NCBI RefSeq assembly: GCF_001548275.1
Contig: NZ_AP014945.1
Location: 660,001-692,000, forward strand
Length of the DNA stretch: 32,000 nucleotides
Direction of reading: 5' to 3'
DNA from: Caldimicrobium thiodismutans
Lineage (GTDB): Bacteria; Desulfobacterota; Thermodesulfobacteria; Thermodesulfobacteriales; Thermodesulfobacteriaceae
Part shown: piece by piece, positions 17,069-24,665 of the stretch
Layout of the letters: each line of letters opens with the position of its first letter
How positions within the stretch are numbered: the stretch's first letter is position 1
Translations under genes and position numbers: made by a program
Notes under the pieces: model-generated
Told to the model about the DNA's origin: nothing
Databases searched by the model: none
Seen by the model: only the letters and a program-made list of their open reading frames with translations

Positions 17069-18277
17069 ATGGAAAAGGAACTAAAAAAGGCCTTAGAGCT
17101 TATTAAAAGGGGAATTGTAGATTTAATTGAAGAGGAAGAGCTGATTAAAAAACTTAAGAGATCCTATCAAGAGGGAAGGCCCCTAAGGATAAAGGCAGGA
17201 TTTGATCCTACTGCTCCAGATCTTCATTTAGGGCATACCGTCCTTTTAAGAAAACTTAAACACTTTCAGGATTTAGGGCACGAGGTTTGTTTTTTAATTG
17301 GGGATTTTACAGCTATGATTGGCGATCCTACAGGAAGATCAGAGACAAGGCCAGCTTTAACTAAGGAGCAGGTTCTTGAAAATGCCAAAACTTATAAAGA
17401 ACAAGTTTTTAAAATCTTAGATCCTTTGAAAACTCGTGTAGTTTTTAATAGTGAGTGGTTTTCAAGAATGACTGCTGAAGATATCATCAGGCTTTGTGCT
17501 AAATATACAGTTGCCAGGATACTTGAGAGAGAAGATTTTAAAAAGAGATTTGAGGGAGGACTTCCCATAGCTGTGCATGAGCTTATCTATCCTCTCTTTC
17601 AAGCCTATGACTCAGTTGCTATTAAGGCAGATATTGAGCTTGGAGGAACGGATCAGCTCTTTAATTTGCTCATAGGAAGAGATATTCAAAGAGAATATGG
17701 TCAAGAACCTCAGGTAATTATTACCCTTCCTCTCCTTGAGGGGCTTGATGGTGTCCAGAAGATGAGCAAAAGTCTTGGTAATTATGTAGGAATTATGGAG
17801 CCTCCTCAGGAGATGTTTGGCAAACTTATGTCTATTCCTGATTCCTTAATGTGGAAGTATTATGAATTGCTTACAGATCTTTCTCTTGAAGAGATTCAGG
17901 AGATGAAAAGGGCAGTAGAAGAAGGGAGTTTTCATCCAAAGGAAGCCAAAAAGAGGCTTGCCAGAACCATAGTTGCTCAGTATCACTCTGAAGCGTTAGC
18001 CCAAAAGGCAGAAGAGGAATTTGAGAGGATTTTTAGTAAAAGGGAGCTACCAGAAAAGGTTGAAGCCTTTGAAGTGCCAGCAGGCAAACTTTATCTTCCC
18101 AGGATTTTTAAGGAGCTTGGGATTACCTCTTCAACCTCTGAGGCACGGCGTTTAATCTCTCAAAAGGCTGTAGATATAAATAAAAACCCTGTAACCACTG
18201 AGGAGTTAGAACTTACCCCTGGAGAATATATACTTAAAATTGGGAAAAAGAGATTTATAAAGTTTGTGGTAAAATGA
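17069..18277 (+). CDS. tyrS: Tyrosine--tRNA ligase
   Basis: Class I motifs HLGH and [18 protein letters not shown], and a C-terminal S4-like domain ([12 protein letters not shown]). I prefer the ATG at 17069 over the TTG at 17051. Confidence 0.9.
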   Translation: MEKELKKALELIKRGIVDLIEEEELIKKLKRSYQEGRPLRIKAGFDPTAPDLHLGHTVLLRKLKHFQDLGHEVCFLIGDFTAMIGDPTGRSETRPALTKEQVLENAKTYKEQVFKILDPLKTRVVFNSEWFSRMTAEDIIRLCAKYTVARILEREDFKKRFEGGLPIAVHELIYPLFQAYDSVAIKADIELGGTDQLFNLLIGRDIQREYGQEPQVIITLPLLEGLDGVQKMSKSLGNYVGIMEPPQEMFGKLMSIPDSLMWKYYELLTDLSLEEIQEMKRAVEEGSFHPKEAKKRLARTIVAQYHSEALAQKAEEEFERIFSKRELPEKVEAFEVPAGKLYLPRIFKELGITSSTSEARRLISQKAVDINKNPVTTEELELTPGEYILKIGKKRFIKFVVK

Positions 18278-18281
18278 GGCT

Positions 18282-19361
18282 ATGCCTCAATTTAGCCCTC
18301 TTCAGCTTTATAAATTAGTTGATCTTGCAAAAAAGAATCGGGTAGCCCCTCTTTATCTTTTCATTGGACCTTATGAGCTCACCCTTGAAAAAGCTAAAGA
18401 AATTTATCATATTCTCCTGGAAAAAGGAGCAAGTCTTGAGATTTACGATTTAAGAGATTCCGAGCAAAAGAAAGAGTTTCTTACCTTAAAGGGCTATCAA
18501 AAGGGGCTCTTTGGTCTTAGAACTATTTATTTAATAACTGCAGGAGAAGAGATACCTTTGTCAAAGGTTGATGAGATATTAAGTAATCTTAATAGTTCAA
18601 ATCAAATTTTCAGCTGGTTTCTTTTTTTTAATGATATTAAAGAAGACCACCCCTTTTATCAATTTGCTCTTGAAAAGGGCGCTATTATCCCCCTGCATAC
18701 CAAAAAAAAGAGTGAATTGCTTGAAAGCGAGGTTATGCTTACCTTACAGCAATACGGATTTTCCATGGATAAAAAATCTATGAGTCTTTTCCTCTCCTTA
18801 GTGGGAGAGGAGTATTATAATTTTAAAAATGAACTTGAAAAACTCATCTTATACTGCATAGATGAAAAGGTTATTACTGAAGAAAAGATCTGGGAAATTA
18901 TTGTGCCTTCTGAAGAAAGGGCCTTTTATCTTCTTGGAGACATTCTCTTTGAGCATGGCCCTGAAAAGACCTATCGCACAATCCAGCATTTTCTTGACAC
19001 AAAAACAGAGCCCAAGGACATTTTAAATTTTCTACTTAAATATTTTAAAAAACTCAGACTACTAAAGGAGCTTTTAAAGACTAATCCAGAACTTGAAAAA
19101 GCTGAAAATTATACCCAGTTTTTAAAGGAGTGGCAGGCCTTAACTAAGGATCCTTTAAAGGATTTTCCCAAGCTTTTAACAGATATTCATCCCTATGTTG
19201 CCTTTAAAATGAGAAAATATTCAAAAAGGTTAAAAGAGGTAGATGCTATTTTTTTAGAGCTTTTTGAGGCAGAGTGGAAACTCAAGAGAGAATTTATCCC
19301 CCCTTCCAAAGTTTTTAAGGAATTTATTTTTAACTTCTGGCAAAGACTAAGCAGGTCATAA
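18282..19361 (+). CDS. holA: DNA polymerase III delta subunit (probable)
   Basis: N-terminus ...VAPLYLFIGPYELTLEKAKEI resembles the HolA PVYLLYGEE region. Helical C-terminal domain; size 359 aa. No stronger motif was seen. Confidence 0.55.
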   Translation: MPQFSPLQLYKLVDLAKKNRVAPLYLFIGPYELTLEKAKEIYHILLEKGASLEIYDLRDSEQKKEFLTLKGYQKGLFGLRTIYLITAGEEIPLSKVDEILSNLNSSNQIFSWFLFFNDIKEDHPFYQFALEKGAIIPLHTKKKSELLESEVMLTLQQYGFSMDKKSMSLFLSLVGEEYYNFKNELEKLILYCIDEKVITEEKIWEIIVPSEERAFYLLGDILFEHGPEKTYRTIQHFLDTKTEPKDILNFLLKYFKKLRLLKELLKTNPELEKAENYTQFLKEWQALTKDPLKDFPKLLTDIHPYVAFKMRKYSKRLKEVDAIFLELFEAEWKLKREFIPPSKVFKEFIFNFWQRLSRS

Positions 19362-19904
19362 AGGGAAAGCCCTTAAATTTTCCTTGGAAAGGTGGGGGCA
19401 ATCTGAAAGTTCAGCTTCAGCCATAGAGACTTTTCCTGCAAAGGCAAGACAACTTAGCTCACCACAATCACGGCAATTTGTCTTGGGTAATATTTTATAT
19501 ATCTCAAGAGTAGAGGGTCTTTTGATAGGATTAAAATCAGGCTTTAGATTATCTCTCTTGGAGTAAAGATCAAATAAAAAGTTGAATAGATGAATTAAAA
19601 CCTCTGCTGCCTCTTCTTTGTCCCTGACAATCCCTATTTTTACTTCATTGATTGTAAGAGATACCTTGTAAAAAATCCCTCTAAAAGGCCATTTGAAGAT
19701 TAAATAACCCTCAGCTGGTTCAAAATAAAGGGCCTTTACTTGAGGTTTTATGTAAGGTAAAAGAAAGGCAATCTCAGAATCTAAGGAGAGTTTGGCTAAA
19801 TAGCAACCCTGTGGTTTATGACAGTATGCCTGCTCAAGCTTTAATTTACTTTCAATCTCTTCCTTATTCAAAGAGGGAAAGAATTTTTTCTCCATACCTT
19901 TCAA
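19356..19904 (-). CDS. Uncharacterised protein with a C-terminal CFeSP/RnfB-type [4Fe-4S] domain
   Basis: C-terminus LPKTNCRDCGELSCLAFAGKVSMAEAELSDCPHL has four Cys. Their spacing matches the N-terminal Fe-S domain of the corrinoid Fe-S protein large subunit and of RnfB (PF04060, from memory). I do not recognise the ~130-aa N-terminal region. The gene overlaps the upstream ParB-like gene. Confidence 0.6.
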   Translation of the reverse strand: MKGMEKKFFPSLNKEEIESKLKLEQAYCHKPQGCYLAKLSLDSEIAFLLPYIKPQVKALYFEPAEGYLIFKWPFRGIFYKVSLTINEVKIGIVRDKEEAAEVLIHLFNFLFDLYSKRDNLKPDFNPIKRPSTLEIYKILPKTNCRDCGELSCLAFAGKVSMAEAELSDCPHLSKENLRAFPL

Positions 19905-20793
19905 GAGTTTTAAGATTTTTTTTCAATGTTTCAATGTCTTTTAAATCAAAGTTAATATTAATTCTTTTATTTTCAAGGTAAGGAGAAAATTCAATCTGAA
20001 GTCCTTTTTTCTGTAAGTCCCTTTTAATATCTTCCATGAGGGTTCTTTTAACTAAAAAATTTGGATATTTTATCGCCTGGAGAGTTTCCTTAAAGGCCTT
20101 TTTTCGCTGATTAGGGTCTTCAATTGTTAATAAATTTTTTATTTGTTCAGGTAAAAGGCCTTGCCTTTGCTCCCTTTTTTGGAGATCCCTTAAGACCTCT
20201 AAGGTCTCCATCTGTTCACTATGCGTAAGATGTAAAGAGATAAGTAATTGATAATATTCTTCTTTTTCATTCTGGTTTAGATCTGTAATTATCTCAATGG
20301 TTTTTGGATTTAATCTTTCCTTTATGAGGAGTTCTCTATAGGGTGGACCCAAGGCCAGAACCTTTTTGAGAAAAAAATACCAGCTTAGGTGTTTTGTAAA
20401 ATCGAGCTTGGGAAGTATCTCCTCTATAATTTTTTCTTTCGGGAAAATTTTCTCTGCCCTTTCAAGAAAGAGGGCCTTTTCAACAAGGTTTAAACCCCGG
20501 AAAAGATTACTTTCAAGGGAAATATAAAGAAGCTCCCAGGGTTGCTTTTCTTCATTTATCACGCAAGCTAAGAATTTCTCAACTCCAAGAGCCTTTAGAG
20601 CCTTAATTCTTCCTTCACCACAAATGATCTGATACCCTTTATTACCGGGATAGAGTAAAGGGGGTTCAATTACCCCTATGGTTTTTATGCTTTCAATGAG
20701 TAAAGGCGTTCTTTCAGGATAAGAAAATAAAAAGGATTTATCTGTAAGGTCAATCTCTGCAATTTGAATTTCTTTAAGAAGCATGTTTAGCAT
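19864..20793 (-). CDS. ParB N-terminal (ParB/Srx fold) domain protein
   Basis: IEPPLLYPGNKGYQIICGEGRIKALKALGVEKFLACVI resembles the ParBc domain, with a GxxR box like the ParB GERRxRA motif. A helical C-terminal region follows. Confidence 0.65.
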   Translation of the reverse strand: MLNMLLKEIQIAEIDLTDKSFLFSYPERTPLLIESIKTIGVIEPPLLYPGNKGYQIICGEGRIKALKALGVEKFLACVINEEKQPWELLYISLESNLFRGLNLVEKALFLERAEKIFPKEKIIEEILPKLDFTKHLSWYFFLKKVLALGPPYRELLIKERLNPKTIEIITDLNQNEKEEYYQLLISLHLTHSEQMETLEVLRDLQKREQRQGLLPEQIKNLLTIEDPNQRKKAFKETLQAIKYPNFLVKRTLMEDIKRDLQKKGLQIEFSPYLENKRININFDLKDIETLKKNLKTLERYGEKILSLFE

Positions 20794-20803
20794 ACTTTTA
20801 ACT

Positions 20804-20856
20804 AAATTACCTCAGAACTATCCTGAGTCAACCTTGAATCCATATCTTTTGAGATT
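20804..20856 (-). promoter_or_regulatory. Candidate promoter of the ParB-like operon with the 18-nt module
   Basis: Minus-strand reading: AATCTCAAAAGATATGGA (20856-20839), 7 nt, TTGACT (20831-20826), 16 nt, TAATTT (20809-20804). The ATG at 20793 is only 10 nt further and has no Shine-Dalgarno, so the mRNA may be near-leaderless. Confidence 0.3.
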
Positions 20857-20907
20857 TCAATCTAATAGCTATTAAACCCTATTCATCTGCCAGAAGAGAC
20901 AGTTTTA

Positions 20908-21250
20908 AGTCTCAAAGGATAAGAGCAGCTTAAGTTCACATCCTTACAAGAAAAAGGGTGGTAAAAGGTAAAAGGTAAGAGGTAAGAAGTAAGAGGTAAG
21001 AGGTAAAAGTAGGGGAAGTTCCTTGCGTGTCTGCCCTATGTAGGGGTTTAAAATTTTAAACCTTTGTAGAGGTTCAAGATTTTGAACCCCTACATTGATG
21101 TAAAAAACACATAACAGGCAAACACATAGATTTTCCAAATGATGGCAAACACATAGGTTTGCCCCTACAAAATACAGGTTCATTTTGCTACAACAGAAGT
21201 AGTAGAAAAAATCCTATAGAGTCTCAGAAGATTTGGACGCATACAGAGGC
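20908..21250 (+). repeat. Mosaic intergenic repeat, copy A (modules W-X-heptamers-Y-P-Z-W)
   Basis: Shares long blocks with 26563-27053. For example, 21009-21036 and 26641-26668 are 27/28 identical. 21144-21226 aligns with 26693-26775, with only a few substitutions by eye. Confidence 0.75.
20961..21009 (+). repeat. Heptanucleotide tandem repeat (GTAARAR) x7
   Basis: GTAAAAG GTAAAAG GTAAGAG GTAAGAA GTAAGAG GTAAGAG GTAAAAG. The homologous tract at 26621-26641 has only 3 units (GTGAGAA GTAAGAG GTGAGAG). Confidence 0.9.
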
Positions 21251-21278
21251 TTGACAGGAAAATTTTATGTGTTATAAA
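21251..21278 (+). promoter_or_regulatory. Sigma-70-type promoter of the nik/cbi operon
   Basis: TTGACA (21251-21256), 16 nt, TATAAA (21273-21278). It lies about 40 nt upstream of the first gene. Confidence 0.5.
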
Positions 21279-21295
21279 TTAAAAATTAATAACAA
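21269..21295 (+). promoter_or_regulatory. Inverted repeat resembling a NikR operator
   Basis: GTGTTAT-N13-ATAACAA. The inner TGTTAT/ATAACA is a perfect 6-bp inverted repeat. It overlaps the -10 box. Confidence 0.35.
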
Positions 21296-21318
21296 AAAAT
21301 TTTATGGAGGTTTTAAAA

Positions 21319-22098
21319 ATGAGATTGAGCTTTTTTTTCAAAATTTTTGCTTTAATTATTCTGCTTCAGAGTCCTGCCTGGGCTCATTTTCTCACTTTAT
21401 TAACCGATGATTTTTACATAAAGCAGCCTAAAAAACCTTTTGAGTTAAAGGTAATGTTTACCCATCCTATTGAACAGGGGCCCCATATGCCCTTCGGGAT
21501 TGAAGAAAGTGCTATAATATGTGGTGCTTCAAAAAATGTATTATCCTTTAAAAGTTTAAATTCCCAAAATACTATATATATGACTACTTTGATCCAGGAG
21601 AAACCAGCTATATGTCAGCTTTATGTTAAACAAAAACCTTATTTTGAAAAATCAGAGTCCAGATATATTCAACAAATAGCTAAGGGTATTTTTTCCCATG
21701 CTGGATTAGAGGAGGGCTGGGATTCCCCTCTTGGGCTTCCTGTTGAGATTATCCCACAGGTTAAACCCTTTGCTCTTTATGAGGGTAATACTTTTAAAGG
21801 GAGAGTCTTGATTAATGGAAAACCTGCTGGGAATATTGAGGTAGAGATTGAGTTTTGGAATTCTAAGGGTTTAAAAACACCTCATGAGGGTTTTATCCCT
21901 CAGGTTGTTAAAACTGACAATGAGGGTTATTTTGAATACACCTTTCCCTGGGCTGGACTTTGGGGCTTTTCTGCTATTACAGAGGCTGGAGTAATAAAAG
22001 GTGAAAACGGTAAGGAATATCCTCTGGAGTTGGATGGGGTTTTTTGGGTAAAGGTATATCCTAAACCTATGGAAAAAATATCAAGGAAAGGTAAGTAA
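21319..22098 (+). CDS. Periplasmic DUF4198 / NikK(CbiK)-like metal-binding component
   Basis: Signal peptide MRLSFFFKIFALIILLQSPAWA, then mature HFLTLL. Beta-rich body with an ...EGNTFKGRVLINGKPAG... segment typical of DUF4198. The ATG at 21319 follows GGAGG by 8 nt; the track ATG at 21304 is part of that Shine-Dalgarno. Confidence 0.65.
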   Translation: MRLSFFFKIFALIILLQSPAWAHFLTLLTDDFYIKQPKKPFELKVMFTHPIEQGPHMPFGIEESAIICGASKNVLSFKSLNSQNTIYMTTLIQEKPAICQLYVKQKPYFEKSESRYIQQIAKGIFSHAGLEEGWDSPLGLPVEIIPQVKPFALYEGNTFKGRVLINGKPAGNIEVEIEFWNSKGLKTPHEGFIPQVVKTDNEGYFEYTFPWAGLWGFSAITEAGVIKGENGKEYPLELDGVFWVKVYPKPMEKISRKGK

Positions 22099-22698
22099 GT
22101 GCATATTTCTGAAGGTGTCCTTCCCCCTATTTATTTGATTTCAGGTTGGCTTGTTTCCGGAGGGGCTGTTCTTTTTTCTCTTAAGGCTTTATCTGGAAGG
22201 GAAATTCCAAGAGTTGCCCTTCTTAGCGGTCTTTTCTTTGTCATTAGTCTTATTCATATTCCCCTTGGTCCAACTTCTGTTCACTTGACCTTGAATGGTC
22301 TTCTGGGAATACTTCTTGGACAGGCAGTTTTCCCAGCTATCTTTGTAGCTTTATTTTTTCAAGCTCTTTTTTTTCAATACGGTGGAATATCAGTCCTTGG
22401 AATAAATACTTTAACTATGGCCCTTCCCCCTTACTTATTCTTCCTTTTGTTTTCAAGATACCTACAAAAGGGAAAACATACCCTCCTTATTGGATTTCTT
22501 AGTGGCTTTTTATCGCTTCTTAGCTCTGGCCTTCTTATGGCTTTGATCTTGTATTTTTCTAATCCCAAGCTTTATTTACTTTCAGGTATTTTCGCAGGAA
22601 CCTATCTTCCCCTAAGTCTTGCAGAAGGAATTATTACAGCCTTTGCTGTTCTTTATTTAAAAAGAACCCATCCAGAGGTCATAAGATGCTGCCAATGA
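22099..22698 (+). CDS. cbiM: ECF transporter substrate-specific component CbiM/NikM
   Basis: Invariant N-terminus MHISEGVL (GTG start) and multiple TM helices; 199 aa. Confidence 0.85.
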   Translation: MHISEGVLPPIYLISGWLVSGGAVLFSLKALSGREIPRVALLSGLFFVISLIHIPLGPTSVHLTLNGLLGILLGQAVFPAIFVALFFQALFFQYGGISVLGINTLTMALPPYLFFLLFSRYLQKGKHTLLIGFLSGFLSLLSSGLLMALILYFSNPKLYLLSGIFAGTYLPLSLAEGIITAFAVLYLKRTHPEVIRCCQ

Positions 22699-23267
22699 AG
22701 GGGATTATTTTTTTATTACTACTGTTTCTTCCTTTTAATACCTATGCCCATAGAGTTAATCTTTTTGTGGATCAAATTGGGAATCATCTTGAGATAACAG
22801 GATTTTTCCCTGATGGTTCACCCTGTAAGGAATGTGAAGTAGAGGTTTTGAACAAAGAGGGTAGGGTATTACAGACCACCAAAACAGATGAGCTTGGAAA
22901 AGCTATTCTTAGCATGGGAAATGTTACTGATATTAAGGTAGTTTTAAAGGCGGGAGAGGGACATCAGGCTGAAAAATTTATTAAATTTGATACCCCAAAA
23001 AAAGAGCCTAACAAAAAACAATCCTCAAACCTCTCCATGAATAAGCAATCTCAGGTAGTTAAAACTCCGAAAGGAGATGACTCTAATTCTATTTCTTCGG
23101 ATCAGCTCAGTGAGATTCAGGCTGAGCTTAAAGGGCTCCGCCAAGAAATCGTTGAACTCCGTAAGTCTTCTCAAAGGATCTGGTTAAGGGATATTTTTTC
23201 AGCTCTTGGCTATCTTTTAGGAGTCTGGGCTCTTCTTACTCTTTGGAAGAGAAAAAATGCATCTTGA
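22686..23267 (+). CDS. Bitopic auxiliary protein in the CbiN/NikL position
   Basis: N-terminal signal/TM segment (IIFLLLLFLPFNTYA, then H) and a ~130-aa soluble region. A charged linker and a C-terminal TM helix (IFSALGYLLGVWALLTLW) follow. It sits between the M and Q genes where cbiN normally lies. Confidence 0.45.
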   Translation: MLPMKGIIFLLLLFLPFNTYAHRVNLFVDQIGNHLEITGFFPDGSPCKECEVEVLNKEGRVLQTTKTDELGKAILSMGNVTDIKVVLKAGEGHQAEKFIKFDTPKKEPNKKQSSNLSMNKQSQVVKTPKGDDSNSISSDQLSEIQAELKGLRQEIVELRKSSQRIWLRDIFSALGYLLGVWALLTLWKRKNAS

Positions 23268-24018
23268 GGAACTGGCTGAAGGAATCTCTATCCTTCATAG
23301 GCTTGACCCAAGATTAAAAATCATAACCTTTCTTGTTTTAACTGTCTGCTGTGTAACCTCTACCTCTTTTTTAGCTCTTTTTTCCTATCTCCTTTTGACC
23401 TCAGGACTTCTGCTTTTGGCTAAAACACCCCTTACATTACTTCTGAAAAGACTACTTTTGATTAATTTTTTTCTTCTTCTCTTATGGGGTTCACTAATTC
23501 TGGGGGATTTACTTGTCTTCCTTTATAATAAAAAGGGAGTTTTCCTTGATCCTGAGACCCTATCCCTGGGTCTATATATAACTCTTAGAAGTAATACCCT
23601 TTTTCTTGCAACCCTTGCCTTGCTGGCTACCTCTCCTCTATCATCTCTAACCCATGCGCTTCTCCATCTGAGAGTGCCATCAAGATTAGTGCTACTTTTT
23701 CATTTAAGTTACAGATACCTCTCCCTTTTACACCAGGAATATGATAAAATGAGACTTGGTCTTATGGCCAAAGGTTTCAAACCAAAAACAGGATTATATA
23801 CCTATAGAATTTATGCCTATCTTCTTGGTATGCTTGTGATAAAAAGTTTAAAAAGAGCTGAAGATCTTTACTTAGCCATGCTTGCCCGGGGATATAAAGG
23901 TTTTTATCCAATACTTGAACACTTTAAATTGCAAAAAAAAGATTTTTTCTTTTTCATTTTTACCCTTTCTATCATCTTTTTCATTTACCTTTTAAACTTT
24001 AAAACATGTCTTACTTGA
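23257..24018 (+). CDS. cbiQ: ECF transporter T component CbiQ/NikQ
   Basis: Polytopic membrane protein with the DPRLKI start region and the conserved cytoplasmic ...MRLGLMAKGF... loop. Operon position supports the call. Confidence 0.75.
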   Translation: MHLEELAEGISILHRLDPRLKIITFLVLTVCCVTSTSFLALFSYLLLTSGLLLLAKTPLTLLLKRLLLINFFLLLLWGSLILGDLLVFLYNKKGVFLDPETLSLGLYITLRSNTLFLATLALLATSPLSSLTHALLHLRVPSRLVLLFHLSYRYLSLLHQEYDKMRLGLMAKGFKPKTGLYTYRIYAYLLGMLVIKSLKRAEDLYLAMLARGYKGFYPILEHFKLQKKDFFFFIFTLSIIFFIYLLNFKTCLT

Positions 24019-24665
24019 TTGAGATAATTGACCTTTCTTTTTCTTACAATGGCGCATCTCCCCTTTTGAGGGGTATTAACTTAAAACTTTCAACAGGCGA
24101 AAAGATTGGTCTCATGGGAAAAACCGGTTCTGGAAAAACCACTCTTTTTTACTTAATCTTTGGTTTTTTAAAACCAGCCTCAGGTATTATAAAAATCTTT
24201 GAAAAAGAAAGACAAAAAGAATCTGATTTTGTAGAAATTAGGTCTAATCTCGGTTTGCTTTTTCAGGATCCTGAAATTCAACTCTTTTGTCCAACAGTCA
24301 AAGAGGATCTGGCTTTTGGACCTTTAAATAAAGGATTATCAAGAGCAGAGGTTAAAAGAATTATAGAGGAAGTTGCAAATTTTTTAAGGATTCCTCATCT
24401 CCTTGAAAAATCTCCACTCAAACTCTCAGGGGGTGAAAAAAAGCTCTGTGCCCTTGCAAGTGTTATGACCATGTCACCTGTAGCCTATCTTTTAGATGAA
24501 CCTACTAATGGATTAGATGAGGAATTCAAAGAGATTCTTAAAATTTTTTTAAAAGAAAAGGCAGAAACTTTTATTGTTATATCTCATGAGGAAGAATTTT
24601 TAAGAGAGGTTTGTCAGAAAATTTATATCCTTGAAGAAGGAAGGCTTTTGTTGAAGAGCTCTTAG
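24006..24665 (+). CDS. cbiO: ECF transporter ATPase CbiO/NikO
   Basis: Walker A GKTGSGKTT, Q-loop LLFQDP, signature LSGGEKK, Walker B YLLDEPTNGLD. Confidence 0.88.
   Translation: MSYLIEIIDLSFSYNGASPLLRGINLKLSTGEKIGLMGKTGSGKTTLFYLIFGFLKPASGIIKIFEKERQKESDFVEIRSNLGLLFQDPEIQLFCPTVKEDLAFGPLNKGLSRAEVKRIIEEVANFLRIPHLLEKSPLKLSGGEKKLCALASVMTMSPVAYLLDEPTNGLDEEFKEILKIFLKEKAETFIVISHEEEFLREVCQKIYILEEGRLLLKSS

Noticed and set aside
20944-21183. 79-aa minus-strand ORF. Parts of it resemble the 151-aa ORF at 26526-26981 (NLYF.GA.LCVC, LTSYF, PPFF).
   Set aside because: Both lie entirely in the mosaic repeats, so the similarity follows from nucleotide repeats. Both read through a 7-nt microsatellite whose unit number differs. 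Neither has a Shine-Dalgarno, and the composition is odd (Cys/Leu/Phe-rich). I treat them as non-coding.
20794-21303. Cobalamin or NiCo riboswitch upstream of the cbi/nik operon.
   Set aside because: I found no B12-box-like element (nothing resembling GCCACTG with its flanking conserved stems). The same sequence blocks also occur upstream of rplU, so they belong to a repeat rather than an operon-specific riboswitch.
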